The notes under the pieces are model-generated. The model worked only from the letters and a program-made list of their open reading frames with translations. It was not told the origin of the DNA and did no database searches. Of a DNA stretch of 64,000 nucleotides, positions 50,597-61,543 are shown piece after piece. The stretch lies in IMG/VR virus record IMGVR_UViG_2925450510_000002, one strand, 5' to 3'. Every line of letters begins with the position of its first letter. Position 1 is the stretch's first letter. A program made the position numbers and the translations under genes. Origin of the DNA: a virus (Duplodnaviria; Heunggongvirae; Uroviricota; Caudoviricetes).

Positions 50597-51474
50597 GCAA
50601 CGACATCGCAATCACTTCTCAGCCTGGTGCTACCGTCGGCACCGCCGCGGCAATCTTCAGCCCGGAAGGGATGGATCGCCTGGTGCGATTTGCCACCCTG
50701 ATGGCTGACAGCAAAGCCACCGTTCCGGCGCACCTGGCTGGAAAGCCAGCTGACTGCCTGGCGGTGACTATGCAAGCGGCGCAGTGGGGAATGAACCCGT
50801 TCGCGGTAGCGCAGAAAACTCATGTGGTAAACGGCACGCTTGGCTATGAAGCGCAACTGGTTAATGCGGTTGTCTCTTCCTCAAACCTTCTGGCCACTCG
50901 TCTGAACTACAAATGGGATGGCGACTGGTCAAAGGTAAGCGGGAAAACCGACAAATCGCCGAGCCTGACAGTGACAGTGTGGGCAACCATTAAAGGCGAA
51001 TCTGAGCCTCGCACCCTGACCATCAGCATGGCGCAAGCCGGAGTGCGCAACTCACCCCTCTGGGAGCAGGATCCGCGTCAGCAACTGGCTTACCTGTGTG
51101 TTAAGCGCTGGGCACGCCTGCACGCCCCTGATGTTCTCCTTGGCGTCTACACCCCTGACGAATTGCAGGAAGCAGCACCGCGTGTTGAGCGCGACATTAC
51201 GCCACCGGCTAGCACCGCTGCGGGGATGAATCAGCTGATCAATTCGCACCCCGATCAGCACCATGAAGAGAAGGCGAAAAAGACTGACGACCGCGCCCCA
51301 GAAGACATTCTCTCTGGCTTCTCTTCTGCGGCTATGGCGGCTCGTAACGTTGCAGAACTGGACAAGGCATACAAATACGCGGCCCACCGTCTGGCTGGCA
51401 ACCAGGAGTTACTGGACGCTGCCACCGATGTATACGGCATCCGCAAAGACGAACTGAACGAAGTCCATATGTAA
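50593..51474 (+). CDS. RecT-family single-strand annealing recombinase
   Basis: CLAVTMQAAQWGMNPFAVAQKTHVVNGTLGYEAQL. ATGA overlap with the exonuclease gene. Confidence 0.65.
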   Translation: MSNDIAITSQPGATVGTAAAIFSPEGMDRLVRFATLMADSKATVPAHLAGKPADCLAVTMQAAQWGMNPFAVAQKTHVVNGTLGYEAQLVNAVVSSSNLLATRLNYKWDGDWSKVSGKTDKSPSLTVTVWATIKGESEPRTLTISMAQAGVRNSPLWEQDPRQQLAYLCVKRWARLHAPDVLLGVYTPDELQEAAPRVERDITPPASTAAGMNQLINSHPDQHHEEKAKKTDDRAPEDILSGFSSAAMAARNVAELDKAYKYAAHRLAGNQELLDAATDVYGIRKDELNEVHM

Positions 51475-51522
51475 TCACCACCGCGGCGCGCCCGGCGCCG
51501 CACTGAAAAAAGAGAGGTAACG

Positions 51523-51771
51523 ATGAAAGGTGCATTAGGCAAAAAGGAACTGCTGGCGGTGGTGCCTGTATCGATGAGCACTATCGACCGCATGGAGAAA
51601 AACGGGGAGTTCCCTAAGCGTTTCTGGATCACAGACAAGCGCTGTGCCTGGAACAGCGAAGAGATCGAGCGCTGGCTTGATGAACGTCAGCAGAACGGCA
51701 CCACAGAGTTTGCTGGAAAAAAGCCTCCGGTTGAGCAGCGAGTATTTCGCCCGGTTGGTAACGCGGCGTGA
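51523..51771 (+). CDS. AlpA-family HTH (excisionase/regulator)
   Basis: LLAVVPVSMSTIDRMEKNGEFPKRFWITDKRCAWNSEEIERW. Confidence 0.55.
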   Translation: MKGALGKKELLAVVPVSMSTIDRMEKNGEFPKRFWITDKRCAWNSEEIERWLDERQQNGTTEFAGKKPPVEQRVFRPVGNAA

Positions 51772-51880
51772 CGTCGCTGGCGAGGTACTGGGAAAGGTGG
51801 TCAGGATGGTTTCTGTACCTGGCCGCTGTATCCGCCTGGCTGTTCCTGCTGGCGGTCATTTTTCGAGAGGGTTGGATACG

Positions 51881-52174
51881 ATGAATCGGATGGAAAAATA
51901 CCACGCGGATTATGTCTCGCAGCGCAAAGCACCCCCTCTTGTCGCCGTAACGCCGGCGGCAATGGAGATCGAGCAGCGCGCTATTGCCCGCGAGAACAAA
52001 GGCCAGTTCCGCCTGGCCGCTCGCCTCTGGCTTGAGTGCATGGATGCGGCCACTGGCGAGGTTGAGCGGGCCCGTATCGCTATACGCCGCGATCAGTGCA
52101 TTGGCCGCGGGAACCGGCTTCGCCAGGGATGCTATGCCGGGATCTGCGCCACCGCCGGGGTGATTTATGACTAA
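51881..52174 (+). CDS. PerC-like small regulator
   Basis: AIARENKGQFRLAARLWLECMDAATGEVERARIAIRRDQC. GAGAGGG SD. Confidence 0.4.
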   Translation: MNRMEKYHADYVSQRKAPPLVAVTPAAMEIEQRAIARENKGQFRLAARLWLECMDAATGEVERARIAIRRDQCIGRGNRLRQGCYAGICATAGVIYD

Positions 52175-52321
52175 CCCACACGACAGCATTCGCGTAGGAA
52201 GTATCACGCTGGTTTATTCGTCCGTGCGGCGTGGCTGGCTGGCGCCGGGCGGCCAGGTTATCCAGAACCCGCTGAAGGCTCAGCGCCTGGCTGAGCAACT
52301 GAATAGCAAGAAGGTGGCAGT

Positions 52322-53071
52322 ATGAAAGAACGCGGAATGATTTTTAACGGGGAGATGGTGCGGGCCATCCTCGACGGCCGGAAGACGCAGACTCGGCGGG
52401 TTATGAAGGTACAGCCGAAGCCATCGAAATCACGACCAGGGGATTTTTGGTTTTCATCGAAAAAATTAGAAAGCATGGTGCACGTTTCTGACCTTGCGCC
52501 TGGCAACTCACCTATTGCCGATTATCACCTTTTCATTCAGGAGCATTGCTGCCCGTTCGGAGCAGTCGGCGACCGCATCTGGGTGCGTGAAACGTGGGGA
52601 GTAGTCAGCCACGAATTGGATGAGGATGGTCGAATCCAACCATGGACGCCAGACCGGCCGGCTACGGTTATTCATGAAATGCCGTTTGGCAACGGCTATT
52701 ACTCTGGTCACGCCATTTATGCAGCTGATGGCGATTTCACCTGGGGTGATGACGATGGTTATGAAGATGGTCGTTCGTGCTGGAAACCTTCCATTCATAT
52801 GCCGAGAGCAGCCAGCCGCATTCTTCTGGAAATCACCGACGTGCGGGTTGAGCGGCTGAACGCTATTAGCCAAGAAGATGCTCAAGCTGAAGGCATGGAG
52901 CTTACCGGGTGGCGGCCTACATACTCTGACCCGGATAGCGGCGGCGAGGTTATGACGCCATACGACAACTTTGCTGAGTTGTGGTCATCCATCTACGGCG
53001 AAGGAAGCTGGAAGGCTGACCCCTGGGTTTGGGTTATTTCGTTTAAGCGCGTTGAAGGCGGTGCAGCATGA
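52322..53071 (+). CDS. ASCH (PUA-like) domain protein
   Basis: MIFNGEMVRAILDGRKTQTRR...GDRIWVRETW pattern. Overlaps the methylase start. Confidence 0.5.
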   Translation: MKERGMIFNGEMVRAILDGRKTQTRRVMKVQPKPSKSRPGDFWFSSKKLESMVHVSDLAPGNSPIADYHLFIQEHCCPFGAVGDRIWVRETWGVVSHELDEDGRIQPWTPDRPATVIHEMPFGNGYYSGHAIYAADGDFTWGDDDGYEDGRSCWKPSIHMPRAASRILLEITDVRVERLNAISQEDAQAEGMELTGWRPTYSDPDSGGEVMTPYDNFAELWSSIYGEGSWKADPWVWVISFKRVEGGAA

Positions 53072-53661
53072 GCGGAAAATACACCCTGATCTATGCGGAT
53101 CCGCCTTGGGCATACCGCGACAAGGCCGCTGACGGTGACCGCGGCGCCGGTTTCAAATATCCAGTTATGAATTACCTGGATATCTGCCGGCTGCCTGTGT
53201 GGGAACTGGCTGCCAACGATTGCCTTCTGGCTATGTGGTGGGTACCGACTCAGCCGATTGAGGCGCTGAAAGTCATGGAGGCTTGGGGATTCCGCCTGAT
53301 GACCATGAAGGGATTCACCTGGCACAAGACGAACAAGCACAAAGGGAACAGCGCGATCGGCATGGGCCATATGACCCGGGCGAACAGCGAAGACTGCCTG
53401 TTTGCGGTGCGCGGGAAACTTCCGGCCCGCATGGACGCCTCGATCTGCCAGCACGTCACGGCGCCGCGCCTGGAGAACTCGCGCAAACCGGACATTATCC
53501 GCGAGAAACTGGTGCAGCTGCTTGGCGATGTCCCGCGCATTGAGCTCTTCGCCCGCCAGTCGTCTCACGGTTTCGATGTGTGGGGGAACCAGTGCACGGC
53601 GCCGGCGGTTGAGTTGCTGCCAGGCTGCGCAGTGCCGGTAGTGAAGACGGAGGCCGCATGA
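53068..53661 (+). CDS. MT-A70 family N6-adenine DNA methyltransferase (orphan)
   Basis: IYADPPW motif. No adjacent restriction endonuclease. Confidence 0.8.
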   Translation: MSGKYTLIYADPPWAYRDKAADGDRGAGFKYPVMNYLDICRLPVWELAANDCLLAMWWVPTQPIEALKVMEAWGFRLMTMKGFTWHKTNKHKGNSAIGMGHMTRANSEDCLFAVRGKLPARMDASICQHVTAPRLENSRKPDIIREKLVQLLGDVPRIELFARQSSHGFDVWGNQCTAPAVELLPGCAVPVVKTEAA

Positions 53662-53849
53662 ACATTGCCGAAGAGGCCTCGCTGATACGACAACTCGAAG
53701 AGGCGCGCGCCATTATCAACCAGAGGAATGGTGAGATCCTTCACCTGCAGCGAGAAGCGGCGCGCTACCGTGAGCAGCGGGATTCTGCAAACGCGATGGT
53801 TAAGTTCCTGCGCGGGCTTTTTGAGAATTCTTCGAAGGCGACACAATGA
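53658..53849 (+). CDS. small coiled-coil protein
   Basis: 63 aa. Confidence 0.4.
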   Translation: MNIAEEASLIRQLEEARAIINQRNGEILHLQREAARYREQRDSANAMVKFLRGLFENSSKATQ

Positions 53850-53865
53850 GCCGCCTCCGGGCGGA

Positions 53866-55116
53866 CTATTGTTCATTCATCCACTTTTCAAATGCAGACG
53901 GGGAGAACGGCACCAGGTCGTAATGCTCCCCGTTTATCCATGCATCAACCATATTTGCCCACTGCTGCAGCATGTAGGCCCGCTGCCTGGAATACTCGGC
54001 CTTGTTGTAAACGGCCCTCACGCCCTTCTGTTCATGCGCCAGCGCCTTCTCTATCCAGTCTGAAGGGAATCCCGCTTCATGCAAAAGCGTGCTCGCTGTG
54101 CGCCGCAGGTCGTGCACTGTTAGAGGTTGCAGGTTCTCCCCGGCATCCGATGCCGCAGCAACCGCGCGATCGATGACTGAGTTCAGAGCGGCATTGGATA
54201 GCGGCTTACTGGTGCTGTAGCGACCTGGCAACAGATAATCACTCCCGCCGGCGCACATCTGCAGGCCTATCATCAGATCCTGCGCCTGAGGCGGCAGATA
54301 GATGACGTGCAACCGGCTCCCCTTCATCCTGTCAGATGGGATCGTCCAGGTTCCTTTGCTGAAATCCACCTCTTTCCACGTCGCCATGATGAACTCGGTT
54401 TTGCGCACCATCGTGATCAGGATGAGCTTCACAGCCAGTTTTAAGGTTGGCAAAGTGCTGACGGTATCGAGAGACCTGAACAGCACGCCGATTTCTTCCG
54501 GCTGCAGGCAACGGTCACGCGGTTTAAACATGGCGATCGCCGAAGGTTTGATATCTGCGGCCGGGTTGAATAACCCGTGCCCGCGGTCATTGGCGTACCG
54601 GTACACGCTGCTGATGATTTCACGCGCCTGCACCGCCGTCGCACGTCCACCGCGCTCGACTATGCGATCGCAAAGATCACGCACCATAGGGGTCGTTATC
54701 TCGGACATCATTTTGTTTCCGAGAACAGGCAAAATATCCCGGTCGATTACTGATTGTTTCATAGCCCGCGTGCTGTCAGCCAGGACCACATGTTTCATGT
54801 AGGCGTCGGTATGTACCGTAAATGTTTCGGCGCCGCGGATCCGCTTGATACCGTCACGCTTCGCTGCAGCCGGCGACTGGCCTGCGTTCAGCAGTTTTTT
54901 AGCGGCTATCAGCTCATCCCTGGCTTCAGCCAGTGTGATACCGTCACGACCATACTGACCGATAACCAGCGTCTCCCGGCGGCCGTTGATGCGGTAATCG
55001 TAACGAAACGAGATGGTGCCTGAGATCAGCACGGCTACATACAGACCGTCGCGATCGGAGACCTTGTACATTTTGCCCTGCGGTTTCAGGTTTTTTAATT
55101 TGGTATCGGTAAGCAC
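53866..55116 (-). CDS. int: tyrosine integrase (P4-like, DUF4102 N-terminal arm-binding domain)
   Basis: MLTDTKLKNLKP N-terminus and a C-terminal catalytic domain with a conserved RHDLRRT motif. Confidence 0.85.
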   Translation of the reverse strand: MLTDTKLKNLKPQGKMYKVSDRDGLYVAVLISGTISFRYDYRINGRRETLVIGQYGRDGITLAEARDELIAAKKLLNAGQSPAAAKRDGIKRIRGAETFTVHTDAYMKHVVLADSTRAMKQSVIDRDILPVLGNKMMSEITTPMVRDLCDRIVERGGRATAVQAREIISSVYRYANDRGHGLFNPAADIKPSAIAMFKPRDRCLQPEEIGVLFRSLDTVSTLPTLKLAVKLILITMVRKTEFIMATWKEVDFSKGTWTIPSDRMKGSRLHVIYLPPQAQDLMIGLQMCAGGSDYLLPGRYSTSKPLSNAALNSVIDRAVAAASDAGENLQPLTVHDLRRTASTLLHEAGFPSDWIEKALAHEQKGVRAVYNKAEYSRQRAYMLQQWANMVDAWINGEHYDLVPFSPSAFEKWMNEQ

Positions 55117-55139
55117 ATTTCACCCGTGATGCATCATTT

Positions 55140-55410
55140 TTCTGACGGTACGAGAGTATACCGTAATGGTAATACCGTCATGTATACCGTCAAAAAATGT
55201 GAGATAGAGTGAATTGATATGGTGTGATATAAAGAAAAACCCCCTGAATTAACAGAGGGTTAAAGAAGTATTTGAGTAGATATGATTAGCTATAAGGTAG
55301 CCGTTAATCATTCCCACTCAATTATTTACAACACTCGTAACCAATTGACTGGAAACAAGTTTATTAAACGATAAATTCTGCATACCGTTTTATATACCGT
55401 CACCGGGAAA
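55140..55410. promoter_or_regulatory. attP-like region: clustered ATACCGT arm-type repeats flanking an AT-rich core
   Basis: ATACCGT at about 55158, 55172 and 55184, an inverted copy at 55145, two more at 55383 and 55394, and TACCATG twice at 55414-55432. Immediately upstream of int. Confidence 0.45.
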
Positions 55411-55432
55411 CAGTACCATGAAAAATACCATG

Positions 55433-55915
55433 CTACCTGGTCAGTTCATCGTACTGCCTTTCGCATACCCTTCCGGCTTCAGCTGCCCGGTCAGCGTATT
55501 CTGCCAGTTGTCGGTTTCGTTCGAGAGATTTTTCGAACACGTCGGTAAGCAAAATTCCGGTGTCTGCGGCTGACGACCCAGCGCCGACAGTGGCGTTATA
55601 CTGCCTGAGCTGCTCACGGATGGCAACGAGCTGCTGCTGCAGCCGGCCAGCGCGAGCGGCAGCATCAAGAGCATCATTGCGCGCCTGGTCGATCCTCTGC
55701 TGCGCCTCACGTTCATTGGTTGCTTTCTCCTGTTCATCATGTTGACGGGCTTTCTCATCTTCTGCTTTGCGGTCAGCCTTCGCCTGCGCATACCCGGCGT
55801 CGTACTGTCTGTCACCGTGAATATTCCAGGCTATAACGCCGCCGGCCACCAGAGCAGCAAGCATCGACACGATAAGCAACTGTTTCCAGTATGCTTCCAC
55901 AAATGCCGTGATCAT
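55433..55915 (-). CDS. i-spanin (Rz-like)
   Basis: Starts at MITAFVEAYW (TM) followed by a coiled coil. ATGA overlap with the endolysin stop. Confidence 0.55.
   Translation of the reverse strand: MITAFVEAYWKQLLIVSMLAALVAGGVIAWNIHGDRQYDAGYAQAKADRKAEDEKARQHDEQEKATNEREAQQRIDQARNDALDAAARAGRLQQQLVAIREQLRQYNATVGAGSSAADTGILLTDVFEKSLERNRQLAEYADRAAEAGRVCERQYDELTR
55441..55677 (-). CDS. o-spanin (Rz1-like) fully embedded in the i-spanin gene
   Basis: MMLLMLPLALAGCSS lipobox in the +1 frame. Confidence 0.5.
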   Translation of the reverse strand: MMLLMLPLALAGCSSSSLPSVSSSGSITPLSALGRQPQTPEFCLPTCSKNLSNETDNWQNTLTGQLKPEGYAKGSTMN

Positions 55916-56541
55916 GATGCCAGCACCTTCTTGGCCGACAGGTAACGCACACGGCGATCGTCGATGCCATTCTGCCCGCCGTTGATGATCTGCGTGACGC
56001 GCATCAGGTCGTCGGTGTACTTCAGGCATCCATATTTCACGAAGTACCACGCCGCGCTCCGCGCCGCATACTCGTCCTGCGCCAGCAGCTCCGGCTGCTT
56101 AACCAGATCCACCCTCAGGGCAGCCCCGCAATCGCGGTAGTTGTTTAGTCCGGTGGTCTGGATGAGACCGCGACCGCGGTAAAACCAGCCGTCGGTAGGC
56201 CCGTTATTCCCCATGCGTTTGCTGTACACCAGATTGGCAATGGCCCGCTGCCTCTCCAGTGGCAACGATGGTTCACCCTGCCGGCGCCCGAGGGAATTAG
56301 CCTGTCCCTGCGTCAGCCTCCCGGCACGGACGAAACCAGCCAGCCCCGCCACGCTGTAATTGAAGCTCTCAACGAGCTGGGTAAATCCAGTGCTTTCATG
56401 CCCGGCCTGGGCAATAAACATCGCCTGATCCAACGGCTTGATGATGCCAAACTCTTTCATGGCCGCCACAATGTGCGGATGCCAGCGTGTGGCCAACGCC
56501 AGGCTAACGCCGGCAGCTTTCTGAAACTCGTTAATGTCCAT
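55912..56541 (-). CDS. GH19 chitinase-like endolysin
   Basis: GHESTGF and GRGLIQTTG motifs. Confidence 0.75.
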   Translation of the reverse strand: MDINEFQKAAGVSLALATRWHPHIVAAMKEFGIIKPLDQAMFIAQAGHESTGFTQLVESFNYSVAGLAGFVRAGRLTQGQANSLGRRQGEPSLPLERQRAIANLVYSKRMGNNGPTDGWFYRGRGLIQTTGLNNYRDCGAALRVDLVKQPELLAQDEYAARSAAWYFVKYGCLKYTDDLMRVTQIINGGQNGIDDRRVRYLSAKKVLAS

Positions 56542-56836
56542 GTTGCGACCTCGATATCTTGAAGATTTGCACGACGTTGCCGCGCGTCTTCAGCACCGCG
56601 GCGAACATCACAGCATTGATAACGACCTCAGAAAGATCTGCGGTCATGGGGAAGTGGTACAGGTATGAGTACGCGGTGCGAAGCGGGATACTGGCCGCCG
56701 CCACGATGAGGAAATAGGCTATCCACCCGCCCCAGCGGCGGTGGCGCGATCCGTTGCGCTGGAAGAACATCACCCGCAGCGCTATCCCGCCGCAGATGAT
56801 TGCATTAGCGATAAGCAGCAGATCATGGCCTGTCAT
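56531..56836 (-). CDS. holin/antiholin-like membrane protein
   Basis: 101 aa with 3 TM segments. Confidence 0.45.
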   Translation of the reverse strand: MTGHDLLLIANAIICGGIALRVMFFQRNGSRHRRWGGWIAYFLIVAAASIPLRTAYSYLYHFPMTADLSEVVINAVMFAAVLKTRGNVVQIFKISRSQHGH

Positions 56837-57236
56837 CGTCTTTTCCTCCCGGGATTAAATCGCGCGGATTGTCAGAGCGGTGATACAGCCATATTCCAAC
56901 CCGCACAGCGACAATCGCCGCAACGAACGCGCCGGCGGAGTAGACAATGCCGCGCTCGAACGAGTCCTGTGTGATGGTGGGGATCATGCTGGCAACGCCG
57001 ATAAGGATTGATGCTGTGGGTTTGTAGAAGAGAAGACCGCAGAGAAAGCTGAGTAGTGCCAGGAGAACGCGGCGCTTGACCGGATACTCAACTGCAGAGG
57101 TAACAAAAATTACCGCCCCGGCCAGCGATCCCAGCGCCACTTCAGGAGGTACGCCGGCGATAACTGCCGCCAGCGCACCGTAGCTAAGCCCCTGATTTAT
57201 TGTATCAGCGGTTAGCGATGCAGACATGATGACCAC
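56823..57236 (-). CDS. holin-like membrane protein
   Basis: 137 aa with 3-4 TM segments. First gene of the lysis cassette. Confidence 0.5.
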   Translation of the reverse strand: MVIMSASLTADTINQGLSYGALAAVIAGVPPEVALGSLAGAVIFVTSAVEYPVKRRVLLALLSFLCGLLFYKPTASILIGVASMIPTITQDSFERGIVYSAGAFVAAIVAVRVGIWLYHRSDNPRDLIPGGKDDDRP

Positions 57237-57489
57237 CGTTTACTATGCATGATGAACCTCCTTAGTTTGGTAAGTTCATCATACACAATAAACCAAATAC
57301 GGATAGATGGTAATTTACTAATTAATTATTTCACTAGGTCCTTGATTCGCTGCATCTTGCACAGATAGTCCTTGCTCATAAAATTCATACCATGCCATTT
57401 TGTAGGGTGCACATTTTCCATTATGTGCCAGAATAATACATAATTCTTGATACCATGCATCAAATGCATCATTTTCACTTTGTTCCATA

Positions 57490-57655
57490 TTATGCCCTTA
57501 GTTTTGCACTGATAACTCTGCTGGCAGAGTCTATCGCTGTTAATGTTACGGTTAAGGTCTTACCATCAGAAGAGATAGCAAAAGAAAGCGAAACCCCGGT
57601 TGGACTAGCAGAGGTAATGCCCCACGTTCCACCACTAACAGTGGCAAAAGTTCTA
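57490..57655 (-). pseudogene. orphan C-terminal fragment, probably the displaced 3' end of the phage B tail fibre gene
   Basis: The open frame runs from inside IS copy 2 out to a stop at 57490. Encodes a beta-rich ...GVSLSFAISSDGKTLTVTLTAIDSASRVISAKLRA tail. Confidence 0.35.
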
Positions 57656-58851
<1,196 letters not shown>

Positions 58852-58856
58852 CCTAG

Positions 58857-58953
58857 TGTGGTTGCAGACCTCGCTGAATTAGCAATAGCAACAAATAAAA
58901 TAGCTAACTCAGCAACATATTCTTCCGGTTATAAGGATGCTAAAAATGTCTGA
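58857..58953 (+). pseudogene. 3' part of the IS-disrupted phage A ORF (pairs with 16907..17133)
   Basis: Same reading frame once the TSD is collapsed (...LSSVVADLAELAIATNKIANSATYSSGYKDAKNV). Confidence 0.5.
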
Positions 58954-59134
58954 TATCACTTTGCAAAAAGCAGCATCAAAGGCTTACCAGGCTGAGATTG
59001 TGGCGAGGATGCTTGAGAACTACCCTCATAAACTGACCGACTCAGACGTGGAATCTGTCGCCTCACTTTTGGCTGATCTGATTGGGCCAGTTGCAGCGTA
59101 CCTTATTGAGGAAGAGTCTAAAAACCCGGCTTAA
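58946..59134 (+). CDS. small hypothetical protein
   Basis: 62 aa with an AAGGA SD. ATGTCTGA overlap with the upstream stop. Confidence 0.4.
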   Translation: MSDITLQKAASKAYQAEIVARMLENYPHKLTDSDVESVASLLADLIGPVAAYLIEEESKNPA

Positions 59135-59303
59135 AAATTTAATTAGTAATTTTAATTACAGGAGTAATCCCGGGGATTTCTGCAATCAAATTAAGGGTAA
59201 CCATGATTAATAAACAAGCATTTAAAACAGCTCAGTTATTTGTCTCTCTTGGTTATTGGTCTATAGCCATGCTTTATTTAAAAAAGGCTTACGGTAAATA
59301 AAA

Positions 59304-59669
59304 GTGAATAATTTAATTAGCACTTATAGACGCAGAATTTTAAAAGCGGCCTTGTTACGCCACCAGCGAAAGACTGGGAGTAGCTTACTTGTCATTAAGC
59401 TCAACAAGGGTGGGATTAGTACTATCGAATTAACTGAGATTCTTCTTGATGGATTGTTGCGGAAATTCGAGCGACTGGCGCTCGGTGAATACGGAAATGT
59501 GGAAGGTGTGAAAGCTCTTAAGGGAATTTACAGCAACTCTGTTGATGTTAATGGCAGCGGCGAATTCCTCACAGAAAGCGGGAAAGAGTTAATCGACGAG
59601 CTTATTTCTGAACTGGTTGAGTTCGTCAAAAAGCAGAAACCAGTTACTGCGGAGTCCGGCAATGAATAA
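59304..59669 (+). CDS. hypothetical protein
   Basis: 121 aa. Confidence 0.45.
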   Translation: MNNLISTYRRRILKAALLRHQRKTGSSLLVIKLNKGGISTIELTEILLDGLLRKFERLALGEYGNVEGVKALKGIYSNSVDVNGSGEFLTESGKELIDELISELVEFVKKQKPVTAESGNE

Positions 59670-59916
59670 CCAGCAAACAATGCTCTATCAGGGTGTGCTG
59701 ATCCCCCGCCCCGTGTTGAACGTGGATCTGCATGTCCTCCCTGATTTTACCGGGCGGGTAGTCTTGCACATCGAGAACGGGAGGGTGATATGCGACCGCC
59801 AGCTGTTCGACGACGAGCACATTTGCACACTGGCCACGTTTATCGAAATGGCCCGCGACGCGGGGTTGAGGATCGAGGAGGAAGCTGGTGGCACTGACAG
59901 CGATACGAATTCCTGA
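59662..59916 (+). CDS. hypothetical protein
   Basis: 84 aa. Start overlaps the previous stop. Confidence 0.4.
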   Translation: MNNQQTMLYQGVLIPRPVLNVDLHVLPDFTGRVVLHIENGRVICDRQLFDDEHICTLATFIEMARDAGLRIEEEAGGTDSDTNS

Positions 59917-60102
59917 GAGGGTTCACCTGCAGGCGCTGCAGGTCCTGCTGCGGTATCGGCGCCGGCGGATATTCCCGCGGCGAATGCGCCGCACCGGCTA
60001 CCTCAGCCTGAAGGTTAACCCACGCTGGCGCCTGTTATCGAAAGACGATGGCCGGAACTGGGAAGTTATGAGTCATGAAACCTATAACCGGGAGAAAGAC
60101 AA

Positions 60103-60528
60103 ATGATTGACAACAGAACTGTCAGCGCCATTGACCTGGCGTTGCAAAAGCACCCAACGCCAGTTGGTGATCTGTTCGCCGCGATCCGCCACGGACGCAT
60201 GAAGCGGTGCTTCAGCCGGGATACCGCAATTCGTTACCTGGCGTTCTTCATGACCTCCCGAGCTTTTGGGCGTTCTGGTTTCAAGCAGCGTTATCCGGAC
60301 GTGCAGGTAATTCATCCACTGAATCCAGAACTGAGTAGCTGGCAACGTGGCGCCGTGACCACTGAGTATTTTAACGCCCACCAGCGCACCGTTCGCCGGC
60401 TGCGTCGCATCCTCGCCCGCAAAAGAGAAATGCAAAAGTGGTGCAAAAAGTGGGATGCCATGCACGACCGCTACGTGAAAGAGCGCGAAGAACTACAGGC
60501 CTGTAAGCCTGGAGGGCTGAGTCGATGA
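60103..60528 (+). CDS. hypothetical protein, first gene of a coupled 4-gene block
   Basis: 141 aa. Stop overlaps the next start. Confidence 0.45.
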   Translation: MIDNRTVSAIDLALQKHPTPVGDLFAAIRHGRMKRCFSRDTAIRYLAFFMTSRAFGRSGFKQRYPDVQVIHPLNPELSSWQRGAVTTEYFNAHQRTVRRLRRILARKREMQKWCKKWDAMHDRYVKEREELQACKPGGLSR

Positions 60529-60719
60529 TTGCTTACTTACGCATTGTTCTATCGGTGGTGATTGTCGCCAGCGTTTATGGGCTGTTCGTTCCGATCCTCA
60601 TTTCGATGAAGGACACGACAGCAGTTATATCCGGTTTTGCCCTGGCGATTCTGACCCCGCCGTGCATCTACGCCATTTGTAAGGGTCTTGTGCTTACCGT
60701 AACGAAGGAAAAGAAATGA
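60525..60719 (+). CDS. small two-TM membrane protein
   Basis: 64 aa. ATGA coupling on both sides. Confidence 0.45.
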   Translation: MIAYLRIVLSVVIVASVYGLFVPILISMKDTTAVISGFALAILTPPCIYAICKGLVLTVTKEKK

Positions 60720-61543
60720 AAAAAGCAATTATGGCTTCAATTATCGCACTCTCTGCCATCGGCCTTGTTGGTTGCGATCGAGTTGAGCCCGGCAACGTGG
60801 GTATCAAGGTGAATAAGTTGGGCGACGATAAAGGCGTTGGTGAAGTCGTCGGCGTCGGCCGCTACTGGACCGGCTGGAATACCGAGGTTTATATCTTTCC
60901 GACCTTCAAGCAGATGAAAACGTATGAAGACGCTTTCAACTTCCAGATGAGCGATGGAACCACCATCGGCTACCACATCGGGGTCGCGTACAAGGTTGAT
61001 CCGACCAAAGTTACAACCGTTTTCCAGACCTACCGTAAAGGCGTGGACGACATCACCGACACCGACCTGCGGCAGAAAATTGCTGACGCCCTTAATCGTC
61101 TCGCAAGTCGGATGAGCACCGATAAATTCATTGACGGCGGGAAAGCTGAGCTGCTTGAAAACGCACTGAAAGAGATCCAGTCCGATATGGGGCCGGTTGG
61201 TATCCAGGTGATCAGCCTTTCTTACGTTGGCCGTCCGGAATACCCGCCGACAGTGATCGAAAGCATCAACGCCAAAGTTACGGCCAACCAGAAGACGCTG
61301 CAGCGCGAGCAGGAAGTTAAACAACGTGAAGCTGAAGCCAACATGTTACGAGCCGAAGCCGATGGCCAGGCGGATGCAAAGCTGAAATTGGCTGAAGCAG
61401 AAGCAAAGTCTATCCAGATCCGTGGGCAGGCCTTGCGTGAGAACCCTGAGGTACTGCAACTGGAGGCCATCAACAAATGGAATGGCACCCTGCCCCAGTA
61501 CATGACCAGCGGAACAAACACCCCTTTTATCCAGGTTAAATGA
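60716..61543 (+). CDS. SPFH/band-7 (prohibitin/flotillin-like) lipoprotein
   Basis: Lipobox LVGC, an SPFH core, and a C-terminal coiled coil (EQEVKQREAEANMLRAEADGQADAKLKLAEAEAK). Confidence 0.7.
   Translation: MKKAIMASIIALSAIGLVGCDRVEPGNVGIKVNKLGDDKGVGEVVGVGRYWTGWNTEVYIFPTFKQMKTYEDAFNFQMSDGTTIGYHIGVAYKVDPTKVTTVFQTYRKGVDDITDTDLRQKIADALNRLASRMSTDKFIDGGKAELLENALKEIQSDMGPVGIQVISLSYVGRPEYPPTVIESINAKVTANQKTLQREQEVKQREAEANMLRAEADGQADAKLKLAEAEAKSIQIRGQALRENPEVLQLEAINKWNGTLPQYMTSGTNTPFIQVK

Noticed and set aside
59888-60106. HigB/RelE-like toxin ORF (C-terminus ...WRLLSKDDGRNWEVMSHETYNRE resembles the HigB tail)
   Set aside because: It has a GTG start inside the preceding gene, an atypical Arg-rich N-terminus, and no HTH antitoxin neighbour. 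The similarity is weak.
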